A stretch of DNA of 64,000 nt, taken from the human T2T-CHM13v2.0 reference genome, Homo sapiens. The DNA lies in the NCBI RefSeq assembly GCF_009914755.1, contig NC_060932.1; one strand, written 5' to 3'. This document shows positions 1 through 15,800 of the stretch, piece after piece. How positions within the stretch are numbered: the first letter of the stretch is position 1; the number at the start of each line of letters is the position of its first letter. Under the pieces are notes generated by a model. That model saw only the letters and a list, made by a program, of their open reading frames with translations, was not told the origin of the DNA and made no database searches. The position numbers and the translations under genes were made by a program.

Positions 1-450
1 AGGACTTTTAAAGGTAGGAGGTACTATAGTATGTAAGTGTGATTACCGGAATGAGTCTGGAGAGACGTAAATATTGATGATGTAGGAGGAGGGGGCCATT
101 TGCTTGTGTGATGCCCCTGGATAGTAGAAAAGGGAAAGGATCTGGTGCACAGTAGAGGAGGTGGTCTCAGATGACAATAAGTGATTGGCCAGAGCTTCAG
201 GTAGGGAAGGGAGAGAATATGTGTACAGATGACAGTGGGGGAGCACTGAACAGTGGGGCTTGTTGGGGGTTCTCCTCTAATCCTTTTCAATATTTCTGAG
301 CTAACAGAAGGAAATTCATTATCTTACAGTGAGGAGAGAGGAAAGGTGTCGGAGATTTGACAGGAAGGGTGAGAAGCAGTTACCAAGGAGAATGAAGAAG
401 AAAACAGACTAGGAAAGTGTATTCAGGTGGTGCAGTAGCACTGAAGGCCT
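1..450 (-). mobile_element. Old L2-like LINE fragment
   Basis: Purine-rich + strand with gggaaaggatctggtgcacagtagaggagg resembling the antisense L2 consensus. Confidence 0.4.
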
Positions 451-1469
451 GCTTATGGTAGTGCCAAAACCAGCTCAGTCCTCTTCAAATGAGCACCAAA
501 TGGAAGAATTGGTTTGCATTTAGGGGCCATTTATACACAAAATACAGCATTTTATTTTTTATCTTTATAGCTTTTTCAATAGTTTTTTGCTGATTGTGCA
601 CAGTGGAGTTTGAGAAAATTGAGAAATTAAATGCACATCTGGTGGTATCCACTGACCTTCCCTTTTTACTGATATTTATTCACCTAAGGATTATGGTTCC
701 AGACTCACATTCAGTGTGGCTCTCAATATTATCCTGCTGTCAGCAGCCTAAGTACGTAGATGAGTGGAAAGCATGTACATGAAGACTTAACCATGTGTAC
801 TTCTGGTAGGTGACACTTAAGTAGAACAGGCAAATATTAAAGAAAAAAAGACTTAAATTTCCTAGAAGCAGGTGACATTTCTTCCATTTGTTTCACAAAA
901 TTTCACAAGTGAGAAAAGTCATGAAAAACTGGTCTTTGATCTTTTTTACCTCTTGAAAATGATGCAACATTTCTTTCTACTTCACAAGGTGAATATTTTT
1001 TTGAATGTTTTAAATCTCAAAGTTCAAACAATGGCATCAAAGCGCCAGGCTGGAGCTCACCATGGGGAGCCAGCCGGGGTCCTGTGCCCTGGGTGGCGCT
1101 GAGGCTCACGCTGTACACGGGGCACGGGGACAGTTCCAGAGCTCAGGGAGAGGCTTTGGTCCCAAATATGGACCACAGGCACAGGAAGCACTGCTTATTC
1201 CTTGGACTTTATACACTCAAATGCTTTCCTTCAAGAAATACAGTTTAAATTCCAGGCTTTGAGTTAGGCACAGGGGCTACAAAGTAAACAACTGTGGCCC
1301 TTCCTCCTCAAGAGCTAACTCCCAGTCCAGTGGAGAAGAAAGGTATTAAATTAGTGAGCTCCATGGAAGGCTAGAAGAGCCTGCAAAAGTCAAAGTCTAT
1401 ATGGAGCCAAGTGTCGGAGAGGGCCAAGGTAAATTTCATGGATAGTTTCAGAAGGAGTGTGGTGAAGGG

Positions 1470-1660
1470 GAGGATTTGGATTACAAAACATCTTATCTCA
1501 AACTGTGTAGCTTTAGGCAGGTCACAGTCTCTGAGCACCCGTTTTCCCATTTGCATAATGGGGGTAGTAGTAATAACAGTAATAATAAGTTACAAGAGGA
1601 TGTGCTGATTAAATGTTTATCAACTGCTCTGTACCAGGGCTTTTCAAGTGCTCAGCAAAT
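1470..1660 (+). mobile_element. MIR SINE
   Basis: MIR core tgtgtagctttaggcaggtcac...ctctgagc...gttttcccatttgcataatgggggtagta. Confidence 0.7.
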
Positions 1661-1829
1661 GTCAATTCCCTTCCCATGTTTCTGCCCTTGTATGTTTGAA
1701 TTCTTTAACAATAAGCTGGAGATAGATGTTTTCAGATTAGACATGGAAAAATTAAGATAATCAGAGAGTTCAATTGCAAGTTAAAAGTCATGCCTCTGGA
1801 ATTAGTTGAAGGTTTATAATTAAGAGAAA

Positions 1830-2345
1830 GTTTCTACAAAATAACTGGCCTATAGTCTTCACAAATGTCAAGGTCATAAAAGACAAAAACTGAGGAGCAG
1901 ATTAAGGACTATGGAGACGTGAAAATTCAATGCAACTTGTGATTCTGAATTGGATTCTAGACCTGAAAATACTTTTTTTATTTGCATAGAGGACGATGTC
2001 AGGACAATGTGTAAAATTTTAATAAGGTGTGTTGATGTTGATAATTATGCAATATTATGTAAAAGAATGTCGTTGCTTTTAGGAAATATTCATTGAAGTA
2101 TTTAGGTGTAAAAGGCAACACATCTGCAATTTAATCTCAAGTGGTTAAAAATAATATGTATATATGTGTCGGTGAATATACACACACACCACACACGTAC
2201 ACAGAGAATAGAGAATAGGAGAGAAAGAGAATAATAATGCAAATGTGTAAAATGTTAACATTTTGCTGTGGGTGAAGGGAATAGGAATTCTTTGTACAAT
2301 ATTTGCAATTTTCCTGTAAGACTAAAATTATTTCAAAATAAAGAG
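1830..2345 (+). mobile_element. Old L1M (L1MC-type) 3' end
   Basis: ataactggcct...aaatgtcaaggtcataaaagacaaa... through ggaattctttgtacaatatttgcaattttcctgtaag...aaaataaa. Confidence 0.65.
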
Positions 2346-3039
2346 TTTCCATTATAAAAGGCAAAATAAATGAGTTTTAAGTCATAATGATTCAGGAAAT
2401 CCTACAGAAAAAAAAAAATCTAAATTAACAGCCAGGCTTTAGAATGGAAACACATTAAAATGACCCAAGCAAGAATCCTGGCAAGGTTCACAGAATTCGT
2501 GAAGCCCTAATTAGAAGTGATGAGAACTGAACTGGAAATACCTTGACACACTCTCATTAGCTCAGCATCGGTTCTTGCCTTAAGGTACAGTTCAACAGGA
2601 GGGCACCCTTTGTGTGGTTTCTGGGCACCCTGAAGCCCTTCATAGTTTGTCAGGCCTTTCTGTTTGAAAGCAAAGAAAAGGTAAAAGCTTAATGGTAGTA
2701 GCAGAGCAGCAACAAAGGACACACAACTGATCCTACATGTAAATAGCTGGTTTGGAATCATGCCTTCTGGAAAACTTCATACTGTGATGATCACCTCTTG
2801 GAATGCTTTTATTCATGTAAAGCAGAAGTCTGTAAGCCTTAACCAGGCTACTTTAATTATACCATTTCAATGTCAGAATGATTCAGCTTCCTCTTAATTT
2901 AATGTGCACAATTATTTTATTTCTGAAAAAATCCATTACATAAAATATGGAAATATTCATATGTATAAAAATATAAATGAATAATTGTAATGTATTATAT
3001 TTATGTACAATACGTAATTGCATATTTACATGTAAATAT

Positions 3040-4245
3040 ATGTAATATAATAAGCCCTTAGGAATTAATTTTAAAATTGCTAGAATTAATAAATGGCTCA
3101 ATAAAAAGAATAGGTACAAAATTCACAGACAAACATATCAATGGAATGCTAGGAAACAAACTCCCCGCTTCCACATCCCTAAAAAATCTTTTAAAAATTT
3201 TTAGGGATACTCTTTTGATAGGTTCAAGGGGTGTATACTTAAAACTTTCTAAGATAGTATATAAATTAATCCCATTGAGAAATACCAATAGATAATGAAA
3301 TAACTAATCCAATGAGAAATGTATCATATAAAAAACTACTTAGCTGAACTAGGAGATATAAAAGACACTTTGTGTATTGCCATATCAAAAAAGCTAAACA
3401 TTGTAAAGATATGGGCTTTTTTCAAACTAATACATAGGCTTATTGTATTCCCAATAAAATCCATATTGTGGGGGAGAGGGGAAATTTTGAGAAAATAATC
3501 CTAAAATTCATCTTAACATTTAAATAGGAAAAGATATCAAAACAAATTCTTTAAAAGAAAACCAATAAGGGAAAGTCAGTCCTATATTAAAATATGTTAC
3601 AAATATATTGCAATTAAATGAGAGATATTGGCATAAGAATAAGCATAAATTAATGAAACAAAATTGATGGCAGAAAACAGACAACAGTGTTTACAATAAT
3701 TCATTATATCCTATAGACAGCATCATGAATAACTGGAGGAAGATTATTTGACAATAATTCTGGAAAAACTGGTTGTAAATATAGAACAAAAAATTAGTTA
3801 CTAACTTCACTTCATATCCCAAAATCAACCGTGGTTGAGTTACAGAGTTAAAAATTATAATATAGAAAATCAGAAAAAAAATAAAACAAAAAAGAGGGAA
3901 ATACTTTCTAGGCTTAAAGAAAGAGCTAAACAAACATTGAAAGAAAATCTAAAAATGTGGCTACATAAAAAGAAAAATTTATTTACGTCAAGGAAAAAAG
4001 AAGACATAAAGTCAAAGAAGACTGAGATAAAAACATTTTCTATAAAGATGACAAGTAAGAGGTTAATAATGTTATGTAAAGAACTATATACCTAACTTGT
4101 TAGCTTGAAAGTAGGGTAAAAGAAAGATAAAATGAGAATTGCGTACCAAAAGAAAAAAAGAACTGTATACCAAATAAGATAAACATTAAGAAACTAATAA
4201 AAAGTAAAAGAAATGAATAGTTAATTCGCAATATAGATAAAACAA
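3040..4245 (+). mobile_element. Degraded L1ME ORF2 fragment
   Basis: A-rich + strand with L1 ORF2 remnants (ctaaaattcat, ggcataagaataagc, ccaaaatcaacc...ggtt). Confidence 0.55.
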
Positions 4246-4250
4246 ATATT

Positions 4251-4740
<490 letters not shown>

Positions 4741-4844
4741 CTGAGCTCGTTTATTATCACTAGCCATCAAAGAAATGAAGAAATGAGAGAAACAGTAATG
4801 TACCTTTCTTCATTTATTAGCATATAATGAAATAAAATGTTTCT

Positions 4845-5193
4845 CTTGCTTGGTCCATTCAGGCTGCTATAACAAAATACCATAGACTAGGCAGCTTACA
4901 AACAACAGAAACTTATTTCTCACAGTTCTGGAGGCTAGAAAGTCCAAGAACAAGGGTCTTGCAGATTTGGTGTCTGGTGAGGGCCTGTTTCCTGGACAGC
5001 TTCTTACTCTAACCTCACATGGTAGAAGAGGCAGTAGGTCTCTTTCAGGCCTCTTTTATAAGTGCACTAATGCCACTCACAAAGGCTCCACGCTAATCAC
5101 CTTCCAAAGGCCCCACACCGTAATACTATCACCTTGGGGATTAGGATCTCAACCTATGAACTTGTGTGTGAAACAAACATTCAGACTGTAGCA
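4845..5193 (-). mobile_element. MLT1A-type MaLR LTR
   Basis: gtccattcaggctgctataacaaaataccatagact...ttatttctcacagttctggaggct...cagactgtagca. Confidence 0.8.
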
Positions 5194-5251
5194 GTATTCA
5201 ATAATATTCAAGGCTACTGAGGGTCTGGTAAAATTGGTGCCATAATGTGTT

Positions 5252-5745
<494 letters not shown>

Positions 5746-6384
5746 TCAGATGCCACCATAGCTAAGGAAGACGCCGAATCAAAAAGCAGCAACGATCCCT
5801 AATCCCTGTGGGTCAGAGGCACCCCGGAGGTCCTTTTGGGTGACCCTTTGGTTGTCCCAGGCAGTGACCAGCGGCCAGGTATGTATCTTATCAGAGGAAG
5901 TGAGGAAGTAGTCAGGGTAAAAACCATAGTTCATGTGAAAGGGAAATGGGCAGCAATGGTGGCAGAGGTGTGCTTGACCAGATGCAGGGGGCTCTAGGCC
6001 CTAACCTGAAAGCTCTGAATCGCTTTGGGTCTGTGAATGAAGAATCCTGAACAACGAACCTGACTCAGAGGCTTCAGAATCCAGGTACAAACTGAGCACT
6101 GGGATCAAATGTTGGCTGGCTTGGCCATCCATAAAGCCATCAGCTGTTGCTGGTAATCAGTGGAGAAGGGAATGGGGGACTTGCACTCCAGCGGATGGCA
6201 TCTACCATTTTTATGAGGGTGTAACATAAATCTCACAACCATAAGAGGAGTCAAATAGAAAGAGAAGTCCAAGCAAGAACTTCCTGGGGGCATTTGTAGA
6301 TCAGATATGGCACAAGTCACCTGGCCAAGGCACAGAAGGCACAGAAGTGACTGGATTAACCACCTGTTTTCTAGCTTCAATATC

Positions 6385-6890
6385 GGATGCTTTGACCTGA
6401 GAGGCCTTCCTGAAGGGGAGGGGGGCCTGTGGGGGGAGGCGGGGTGCTACTTTTCCCAGTGCCAGCTAATTCTTAGAGGTAACAAACCCTCCTGTGGGGT
6501 TGCCTTTCATAAGCAAACTAACCAATTCAGAGCCCTCTCCCCACCCCCTGCTTAATGAGCTCTTGCACTGGGGGACACTATTCCCCTGTCCTAATCACCT
6601 CAGGCACAGGCAGGGCATCGAGTTATGCAAGTGAGCCAATCTTAAACCTGCTTAGCCTGCTCACCCTGTCTCACCCACGCTTTCCTGCAAACACCACAAA
6701 AAGGCTCTTTCAGGTGGCAGTTCGCCTCACTCTCTGTGCCTACAACCGACCTCAGAGCCCCTCCTGTGGCCTGCATGGGTGGCTGACCTGCCCCCCTCCT
6801 CCTGGAAACTCTAATAAACTATCATTTCAATGGCAGTTGTCTCCTGATCTGTTGGCCTCACCATACCTAAATAAAAAATAAAATCTACAT
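6385..6890 (+). mobile_element. ERVL-type LTR (MER54/MER73/MER74-like)
   Basis: gcaaactaaccaattcagagcc...ccctgtcctaatcacc, with aataaa near 6814; family recalled, not aligned. Confidence 0.4.
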
Positions 6891-7658
6891 TTTAAAAGGG
6901 GCTCATGGGCAGTGTCAGCTTCCTTCCAAGCTGGCAAATTTGAGCAGTCTTGTCTCAGTGTTTTCAGGGGTCCGTGGTATCTAACTGGCTCAACGCTTGG
7001 ACAAAGACATCTTATGGATACAAAAGGAATCAACCCCCTCGCGATGCTTTCAGCATCTCATATGCTTATCCTGGGAGGATTTGGGTCTCAGGAAGGACAC
7101 ATGGTTGTCTGTCTGCTGCCAGCCCAGACGACAAGGACTGCCCAGTGGTCCCACGGCATCAGAAGCTAAATAAAATGGTTATTTTAAACCACTAAACTAG
7201 GAGAACATAGAGTTGTTGCACAACAAACAAGAGCTTCTGAAACCGCTTGATGTCCTAAGGTTAGCATTCCCTCAATCTGGACTTGGAACCCCTTCCTGTG
7301 GGAGGACTAGATGAACATGGAACTGAGCCTGGCAGACACTGCAAATGAGGCCCCTGCCAGCCAGGGGAAGCATTGATAGGCACACTGAGGGTATGCTGAA
7401 GAAGGCAGTGAGGTCCAGCTCCAGGAAGCTGCAGCAACATTAGGCCACTGCAGCGGACCTCATTTTCAGAAGGATTTTAAGCCAAAGCCCAAGGTAAAGG
7501 GGAGCAAGGACTTTTATGCAGCTTGTTTTTGTGCAGGTATTAAGGACTCTCAGGAAGCCTGGTCCTTCAGGGGTTTATTTTGTTTGTTTATTTGTTTTGT
7601 TTTGTTTTTTCTATACACAGGGGAGAGGATTCAAATGCAGTAATCAGTTTCTTGCTCT

Positions 7659-7794
7659 TTTTTTTTTCTTCTTAAATAGAGACAGAGTCTCGCTCTATTG
7701 CCCAGGCTGGTTTCAAATTCCTGGGCTCAAACAATCCTCATGCCTCAGCCTCCGAAACTGCTGGGATTACAGGCATGAGCCCCGATGCTTGGCC
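7659..7794 (-). mobile_element. FLAM / Alu left monomer
   Basis: Poly-T then monomer; imperfect TSD ca(g/a)tttcttg(c/t)tct. Confidence 0.8.
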
Positions 7795-10544
7795 AATTTT
7801 CTTGTTCTGTAAAGCTGCACTGCTTAAGCACAAGGCCAAAATGAGGTCTCTCACCACTTCTGCCTGAACTAAACTTACCCAGTGAATGCTGGGCTGGGCA
7901 GTCCAGTCTTCCCCACATGTGGTAATGTTCTGCTCTCAGTCATGTTCTAACCACAAGGCAGCAAACACTGGCGCAGCTGAGCCCGAGGCTGGGGCTGCAG
8001 TCTGAACTTTTACATTACTCAGTTAATTACAAAGCCAGTCAAATCACCCCAAAGATCCACACACCCAAGAGTGCTGGATAAGAAAAAAATCCTGCATATC
8101 AAACCCCTTCTGGGGGAGAGACCAGGGAGAGCGTGGAAGAGAAGAGGTCTGGGGTATGCAGTGGCTGGTGGCCTAGAGCAATTCTAACCCAGGAGGCCTC
8201 AACAGGGAGCCTGCACCTGAATGTTGGAAGAAGCAGGGTTTCCGTCAGTCTGTGTTGGCTTTAAAGGAACCATCCTTCATGCCCAAAGGAGGCAAGTGTT
8301 TGGCAGCTTTTCCAGATGGCATGTCTTGCAGTCGTTGAAAATTTTTTAAAGTGTAATTCTTGATAGTGTATCTCCAAGACAGAGAGACAAGCCCCTAGTC
8401 ACCCTTCTGAACACCATAAAGTAAGTTGCGATCTCCATCAGACACTGGGGCACTTGTCCTGGACTCTCTTGGCTTGTGGGAACTTGCTTGCATGTCAAGC
8501 TTTCTTCAGTTCCGTTCCTAATTCCAGACTCCATTGTCCCGTTACTAAATTGCTCTGGTCCTTTTGGCTCTTGCACTTTGATTCCGCAGGTGGACTTTGA
8601 CTTGGATCTGCTTCCCTGCCCCACTTTGGGCCATAAAAGTAGAATTCCTGACCTGTCTGCACCCTGGATCCACCTCCTACAGTGACCAATCCTAGCCTGC
8701 TGAGCTTAGTCACTCGGCAGGGCAATTCAACCCTCCCAGAGGGTAAAGACCCAGCAGCTCAGGCGGCCCTGCAGCAATGAGGAAACGTGCTTTTGATCTA
8801 GTTAAGTAAAAGGAGCAGAACACAAACTGTATTTGCAACTGTGTGAAAATAGGCCAAGGGGAAATAACAAAAGGACTTCCTTAATTCAATTTTTTATTAT
8901 CATCGTTACATTGTTATTGTTCTGAAGTCTATTCTAAGTTGAAATCTTGTTTTATGTGGCTATTTTCCCTCAAAACTGGGGTCAATCATTATATTTAATT
9001 ATACTAACAGATTCGCATACATTATTTGTTAGCTCCTTTGTCCTTGGGTAGAGACGAGCAAAGAGGAACCAAGTAATTTAGATTCTTTTAACTAGAGAAG
9101 AAAAAAATGCAAATTCCCATCCTCACTTCATTTTACAAAACTGAAAGAGAAAGGATAGTTTTAACTATTGGCAAAGTAAAATTGCTCTTCTAGCTGCTCA
9201 AGTTGAACACTTATTGTACAAATTATTAATTTTATTAAAAGTGTATGAAATAATTTTTTAGATTATCAGAGACTATAAAATAAAAAGCATCTTTTCTCAG
9301 TTTAAAAACGAAGGACAATTTTAAAGGACTCAAAGTATGCAGAATATAAATAGAAGCTTTCATGGCTAATGTTACACAGTTAGTAAATGGCACACATAAA
9401 ACATGACCCTTGGCATCCTGACTTCTGGTGCACCTGTCCACTCTTCTCCACTGGGAAGCTGGATGGAAGGTATGACATACAAACTGGTTAAGAAAGAATT
9501 GCAATTCTTAGTTTGTGAACAGTTCATTGTAATAATCCAGGAGTGACGTGACTGGTCTAAAACAAATACTATGTAAGCTTCATTAATGAAAATACAGTCT
9601 TCCCACTACCCAGTGTGATCATCTAAATTCTCTTCCATTCTGAGATTCTCTAATTCCCTCAAAACCTTGAGTTTCTCCCTGAAAAACTTCTGGGATTAAC
9701 TTGAATGCTGAACTATAGCAAAAGATGTTACAGTGTTATTGTAAAATTCTAAAGGGATCTATGCTATGAAACAAACTGGCTTTAAATTAAGATTATGAGA
9801 AATTATAACAAATGTCAGAGAACTGGAAGCCTAAAAGCATGCCAAATTTATGCAAAAAGGAACAAGTTCAACAAGAAAGCTAATGATTAGAAACTTTCCC
9901 TTGAATTTGGAGGGGAAACCATGACAAGATTTAGAGTACATTATGTTGAGAAACCTTATGCTATAGAAAAAGAAAAATGCAAACCAAGTTCATGTTCATT
10001 TGAAGCACTTCTCCTGCCCACATCCTTAGAAATGACCAAGGAATGCTTGATTAATTTGGTACCTTCCCTGCAAGCTTTCCCAGAAGCATCTCTCATTATA
10101 TGAGGTGTTGATTCTTTCTTCACCCACCCAAAGAAACACTCTGCTAGCCTAGATTTTGGCCAGTTAAGCATCAGGGGAAAGAAAATTGGAATTGTATGTA
10201 CAATCTACAGATTTATATACATGATAGCACCTGGCCCTTAATAGATGCTTAAAAGTGTTTTTATCGAGTCATCAGGACCTCCTCATAGATCAGAATGGAA
10301 AATATCCAGTATTAGGTGTAAGTCTATGTTTATGTTTATATTTAAATAAATATATATTTAAATAAATTAAATACAATATTTAATAAATATAATTTACTGG
10401 TAAATATTCCTTAGGTTTCTAACAATTTCCTGAAATCTATTATTCTAAATAATTGAACGCAAACACAACCAGCTAAACATTAGGTTAGCTTGTTCTCTCC
10501 TGACATCTAGTGTTTCCAATACATTACTGCAAAACACCAGTTTT

Positions 10545-10795
10545 TCTTTTTTAATGTTTACAGGTTTATTATAAAGGACTTACAAAGGACAAAGACGAAG
10601 AGACACATAGGGCAAGGTACCAGGGAAGGGGCACAGAGCTTCCATGCCCTCCCTGGGCGCATCACTCTACAGGAACCTCCCTGTGTTCAGCTATCCAGAA
10701 GCTCTCCAAACTCCATCCTCTTGGGCTTTAATGGAAGCTTCGCAAGGTCAGCATTCCTTCCCCCAGGGTATGCGGTGGGGCCCTCTCTGGAGAAC
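10545..10795 (-). mobile_element. MER21 LTR fragment
   Basis: gtttattataaaggac...agagcttccatgccctccctgggcgc...gttcagctatccagaagctctc. Confidence 0.75.
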
Positions 10796-10830
10796 CCCAG
10801 TTAATTTTTAAATATTAAAATAAAAATGCT

Positions 10831-11162
<332 letters not shown>

Positions 11163-12925
11163 TCATTTTTGAAACAAGTTTGTTTAAATGAAATGAAATC
11201 CCAAGCAAACAACAAAGCTGTTTCTGAGGAGTGAAAGACCTTTTTTGCTTAATTCTTCCCATAGGAGAAAATTCTTTGAAATATTTTCTTGCAATTCGAT
11301 AAAAATGGAAAGACCCAGCATGTAGGTAGGGCTGCTTGATTATTGCAATGGAGGGAGGGAAGATGGGGAAGCACATGCAGCCCTTCTGTGCACCAGGCTC
11401 CAGGTGTGAGGACTCTCATAGCACCATTTGTGCAACGACGGATTCGGCCTACTGACAAGGTTTTGAGGATTTCCCTACTCTGCTATGTGGAAATGGAGAC
11501 ACTCAACATCTCCTTATAAAATATCTTGTGCCAGCCCTCAAGATACATGAAGCTGTGGGCCCTCAGAAACATCTGGCTCAGCAGAAATGACTGCAGGGTC
11601 TGCCTCTGAAGCCCAGCGTTTCTACTCCATTTGGGATATTCCACACAGGAAGAGAATTGGAAATGCTGGAGGTAAGAGCTTTGGCAATCGCTCTCCAAAA
11701 ACCCTTGGAAACTCAAGTCAGCTTTGGCTGGGGAAGGGTACACATTAGCTATCTCTTCCATACCCACCCAGTCCTTCCTGTTTCTGTTCATTCTTCTTAT
11801 TCTTTCTAATCCACACCTGCTCCCTCAGTCACACTTTCAGCCTCTGCCCTCTCCTGCTGACAGAGGGCTGTGATCTCCCCTCCTCCCCAGGCTCCCCACG
11901 TCAGGCCGTCCTCCAGGAGTGGCTATCCATCTCTAAGGGCTTTCCGGACTGCTGCCCAGCAACTTCAACAGGCACCTCTAATCGACGACCTCTCCTGCCT
12001 CCGCTGGTGTAGGGACGCCAGGCTTCTGAACAGCACTGCTCTCCTCATTTGCCTTCAAGCTGGCCTATCTTTCCTGCTGGTGGTGGTGGGCAGAGGCAAG
12101 GGTGTGGTCAGCTTTGAAAGAGATTCCATTCTTGGAATAAAGTGATCTAGCAAACAAAGTCTTCAAAAAAAAAATACATGAGGGGAAAAACAATAAGCTG
12201 AACATGAGCAGAAAACACATTTTCTTGCATTTGTGGTCATCTTCTATGAAGCACAGTAAGAATCTTTGGAAGCCAGTCTTCAGGGCAAAAGGATGGAGGA
12301 TGCAGCATCATGAGTATCCAGAGAGTCAGGATGAAGTTGTTCTTGGGAACTGCAGAGACAAGCAGTTCTATATGGTTTCAACACAAATGGGCTAGGAAGA
12401 ACCCTGGCACCGTGAGCAATAATAGTGTCACTACCTTTTTCTAGAGGTGGGAGACAAAAACTTAGCCAGACACATTCAACAGTAAGACTCAACAAAGAAT
12501 CTTCATATTCATGGACAGAAACTAAATCTGCCACATTTCTAGTAAGGTTCTTTCTTGGTTAATTAAATGTATTAATCTCTTCCAATTTCTATGTGCTATT
12601 TGTCCTCACTCCCCAAAGATTATGGCTTAGCTCAGTGTCTGCAGGTGATTGTTCTTCTCTTGTTGCAGGTAAAATCATCCACGATGCCCTCCAATATCAT
12701 TCCCAATCAGTTTCCTGTTTCCCCTTCTCTTGCAGAAGCTCTGGAAGCCCACAGAGAACAGATGCATAAACACCATTTACCAGACACAGCTCAGCAAACC
12801 CTCTCTCTCTTCCTTCCAGCAGCTTGGTTGTCCTCAAGGAGTTCCTAAATTTCATACTTCTGAGGGTTATATGGGATGGTGAGGGGTGGAGGAGAGTAGC
12901 ACGGATTGAAAAATACATTAATGTT

Positions 12926-13229
<304 letters not shown>

Positions 13230-13433
13230 TTAAAGTGTACCAAAATAAATATATGACAGCTTTTAAATTATTTTCCATGGGAAAAAAACTTATAATTAGT
13301 GACAATTACTTACTGAGGGCCTGCTGGGCTAGACATTATGGACATTGTGAAAGATAAAAAGTTCAAGACACAGACTCTGTTTTCAGGATGTGTACGCTTT
13401 AAATATGAAGTTAACACAGGGCAGAAAAGTAGA

Positions 13434-13497
13434 TACACACATGCACACACATACCTATACACACATACCTACACACACACACACACACACACACACA
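13434..13497. repeat. (CA)n microsatellite with TA/CCTA interruptions just downstream of the GGH poly(A) region
   Basis: tacacacatgcacacacatacc...acacacacacacacacacacacacac. Confidence 0.9.
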
Positions 13498-13667
13498 AAT
13501 ACTCCTCAGACCCAAAGGACGGAGACATCACAATGAACAAGATGAACAATTGGTAGGATTTTAAAAGACTATTTTCTTTTTCAGCAAGGAGGATGGAGTG
13601 GGCAGGTAGGGGATGGTATTTATTTCCCAAGCAAATCAATTAGAAAAAATATTTGTATTTCAGTAAA

Positions 13668-13673
13668 TTTATT
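13668..13673 (-). terminator. GGH: Likely GGH polyadenylation signal AATAAA (second AATAAA at 13619-13624)
   Basis: tttatt on the + strand about 230 nt downstream of the stop codon. Confidence 0.7.
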
Positions 13674-13904
13674 TTTTTCAATCTTCAGATATAAGAAGGC
13701 TTTTCCATGAAAAACACTCTATTTATGTCTCACTATTTAATTATCTAATGTTATATAAATAGTCACATACAGAATGAAGAATCAGAGCCAGGCACATTAT
13801 AGAAAAGAATCTGTGACTTCCTAATCTTGCCATGAGTAGCAAGTTATTCTAACAGTTTAATCATGGAATTATTCAAATTTGCTCTGTTAACAAATTGAAG
13901 ACTT

Positions 13905-14026
13905 TCAATCAAATATGTAACATTGCTGAAATGAAGAAATATTTCCAGTATAAATTGGACTGAACTGATAAATCAATGCTTTCTCCTCTTCAGATTCAGA
14001 TTTAAAATGATGGTTGTTTTTCCGAG
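13905..14026 (-). CDS. GGH: GGH coding exon 9 (ARKNNHHFKSESEEEKALIYQFSPIYTGNISSFQQCYIFD*)
   Basis: Acceptor cttgcag|CT, TGA stop at 13905-13907. Confidence 0.98.
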
Positions 14027-15131
14027 CTGCAAGAAAAAAAGTTAATTTTTAAAAAGATCAGATGACAAAATCTTCAAGAGACTATTTTATAATATTTCTT
14101 CCTGCAATCAGCATTATTAAGTGGGAAAATATCAACAAGAAGAGAAATGCGACTGCTCTTCCTATAGAACAGCCATCTTTTTTTTTCTTTACTTCTCTAA
14201 CAAACTTACTTTCCAAAAAAAAAAAAAGAAGAAGAAGAAGGAACCAAGGAAGGGAGGGAGGCAAATGCTTGACAAAATTTCCCCAAATAAAGCAGTGCCC
14301 GATTTATGGCACAGTCGCGCATGGCCACAGCAGCTGTGCTGTACTCCCCCTGCAGCATATCCCATGCTATGCTCACTCCGCAACTCATTCAAATACCTAC
14401 CTATCAAATACACAAGACTTGATAACACAGCCTGGGGATGGAAATATAAACAGAACAGGTCCTAACACTCAAAAAGCTCAGCCTCGTAACCACACAGAAT
14501 CATATGATAAAAATGTTTTTATGGTATATGGTGTATCATCACTGGATGCTACAAGAGTAAAAAAGATGGAGAAACTGGTGAAGCTGAGGCAGACAGAGAA
14601 GTGAGACATTTTCACTGGTAAGGCAGCATTATGAAAAACCAGGAGGCACAGTGAGAAGTTTGGCATGATGAAAGCTGGAATGTGAGGAGGTGAGAGCTCC
14701 TAAAGCTCCCAAAGTCAAAGTAAATACAGGCTCTTACGGCATTTTCAGAAAGAATGTTGGAAGATAAAAGACCACATAGACCAAATGCCACATGACTACT
14801 ACTGCAGCAAATGCGGCACTGCCACTGCTGCCCTCATTCACTCCACGCACTCATGAAAATGTTCCTTTGGACTAATACTGTATATGGGATACTTTTTTTT
14901 TTTAATTTGGAGTTTTTGTCATAAAACCATCCACTCAGCTCTGCATGATTCTAAAGCAGAGTGAACTCAGTAGGAAGTACTTGACTTCCCAGCAATGGCA
15001 GGAGAGTTGATAAAAACTTAGGGCAAGCTTGGAGATGGAATGAAAGCAAAGTTCACTTAAGTCTTTAAATGGCTATACCTCACCAAAGTGATCTCTACCG
15101 TTTACAAGTTGTTTTTGTACCTCTGTCTTAC

Positions 15132-15304
15132 ACAGCTAGTCTTCACTTAACGTCATCGATAGGTTCTTGTAGTACTTTTAAGCACAACGATGTATAACAA
15201 AACCAATTTTTTTCTAACAATGTTATAATGAAACGACTTCAAAGTAAACAGTGTTGTTCAAGGACCTGCTACACACAGTTCTGCTTAAATCGTAGGACTT
15301 ACTG
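15132..15304. mobile_element. MER6B-like TcMar-Tigger MITE in GGH intron 8
   Basis: cagctagtcttcacttaacgtcatcgataggttctt...aaatcgtaggacttactg followed by TA. Confidence 0.7.
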
Positions 15305-15616
15305 TACCTATAATGCTCAACTAAGAAATAGGCATCTACAACCAAATTCTCGATTTTTCCCACAAACATAACACAGCATGAATATGTCTGTGTTTTCATC
15401 ACCAAACAGCAGGCAGAGTTTATTTGCTTTCTCCAGTATGCCAATGCCTACAGAGAGGTAGCCTTAAAATCACAAACTGGTGGGTATATATTCAATTTGT
15501 ATCACTGTCTTGGAAAAGTAACACCTAATTCTCAGACACTGTTAGAATTAAAGCATTATTCTAAGAAATGGAGAGTAATGGGGAAGAATCTAAATTAAAA
15601 GTATCCAAGAAGAAAG

Positions 15617-15800
15617 AGCTTGGTGTGGTAGTCTGCACCTGTAGTCCCAGCTACTCAGGATGCCGAGGCAGGAGGATCCCCTGAGCCCAGGAGTTTGAGG
15701 CTGCAATAAGCTATGATCACATCACTGCATTTCAGCCTGGGCGACAGAGCAAGATCCTGTCAAAAAACAAATAACAAAGAAAAAGAAACCAAAAAAAAAA
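15617..15800 (+). mobile_element. FRAM / Alu right monomer
   Basis: Single monomer ...gagcccaggagtttgaggctgcaataagctatgatcac... with A tail. Confidence 0.8.
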
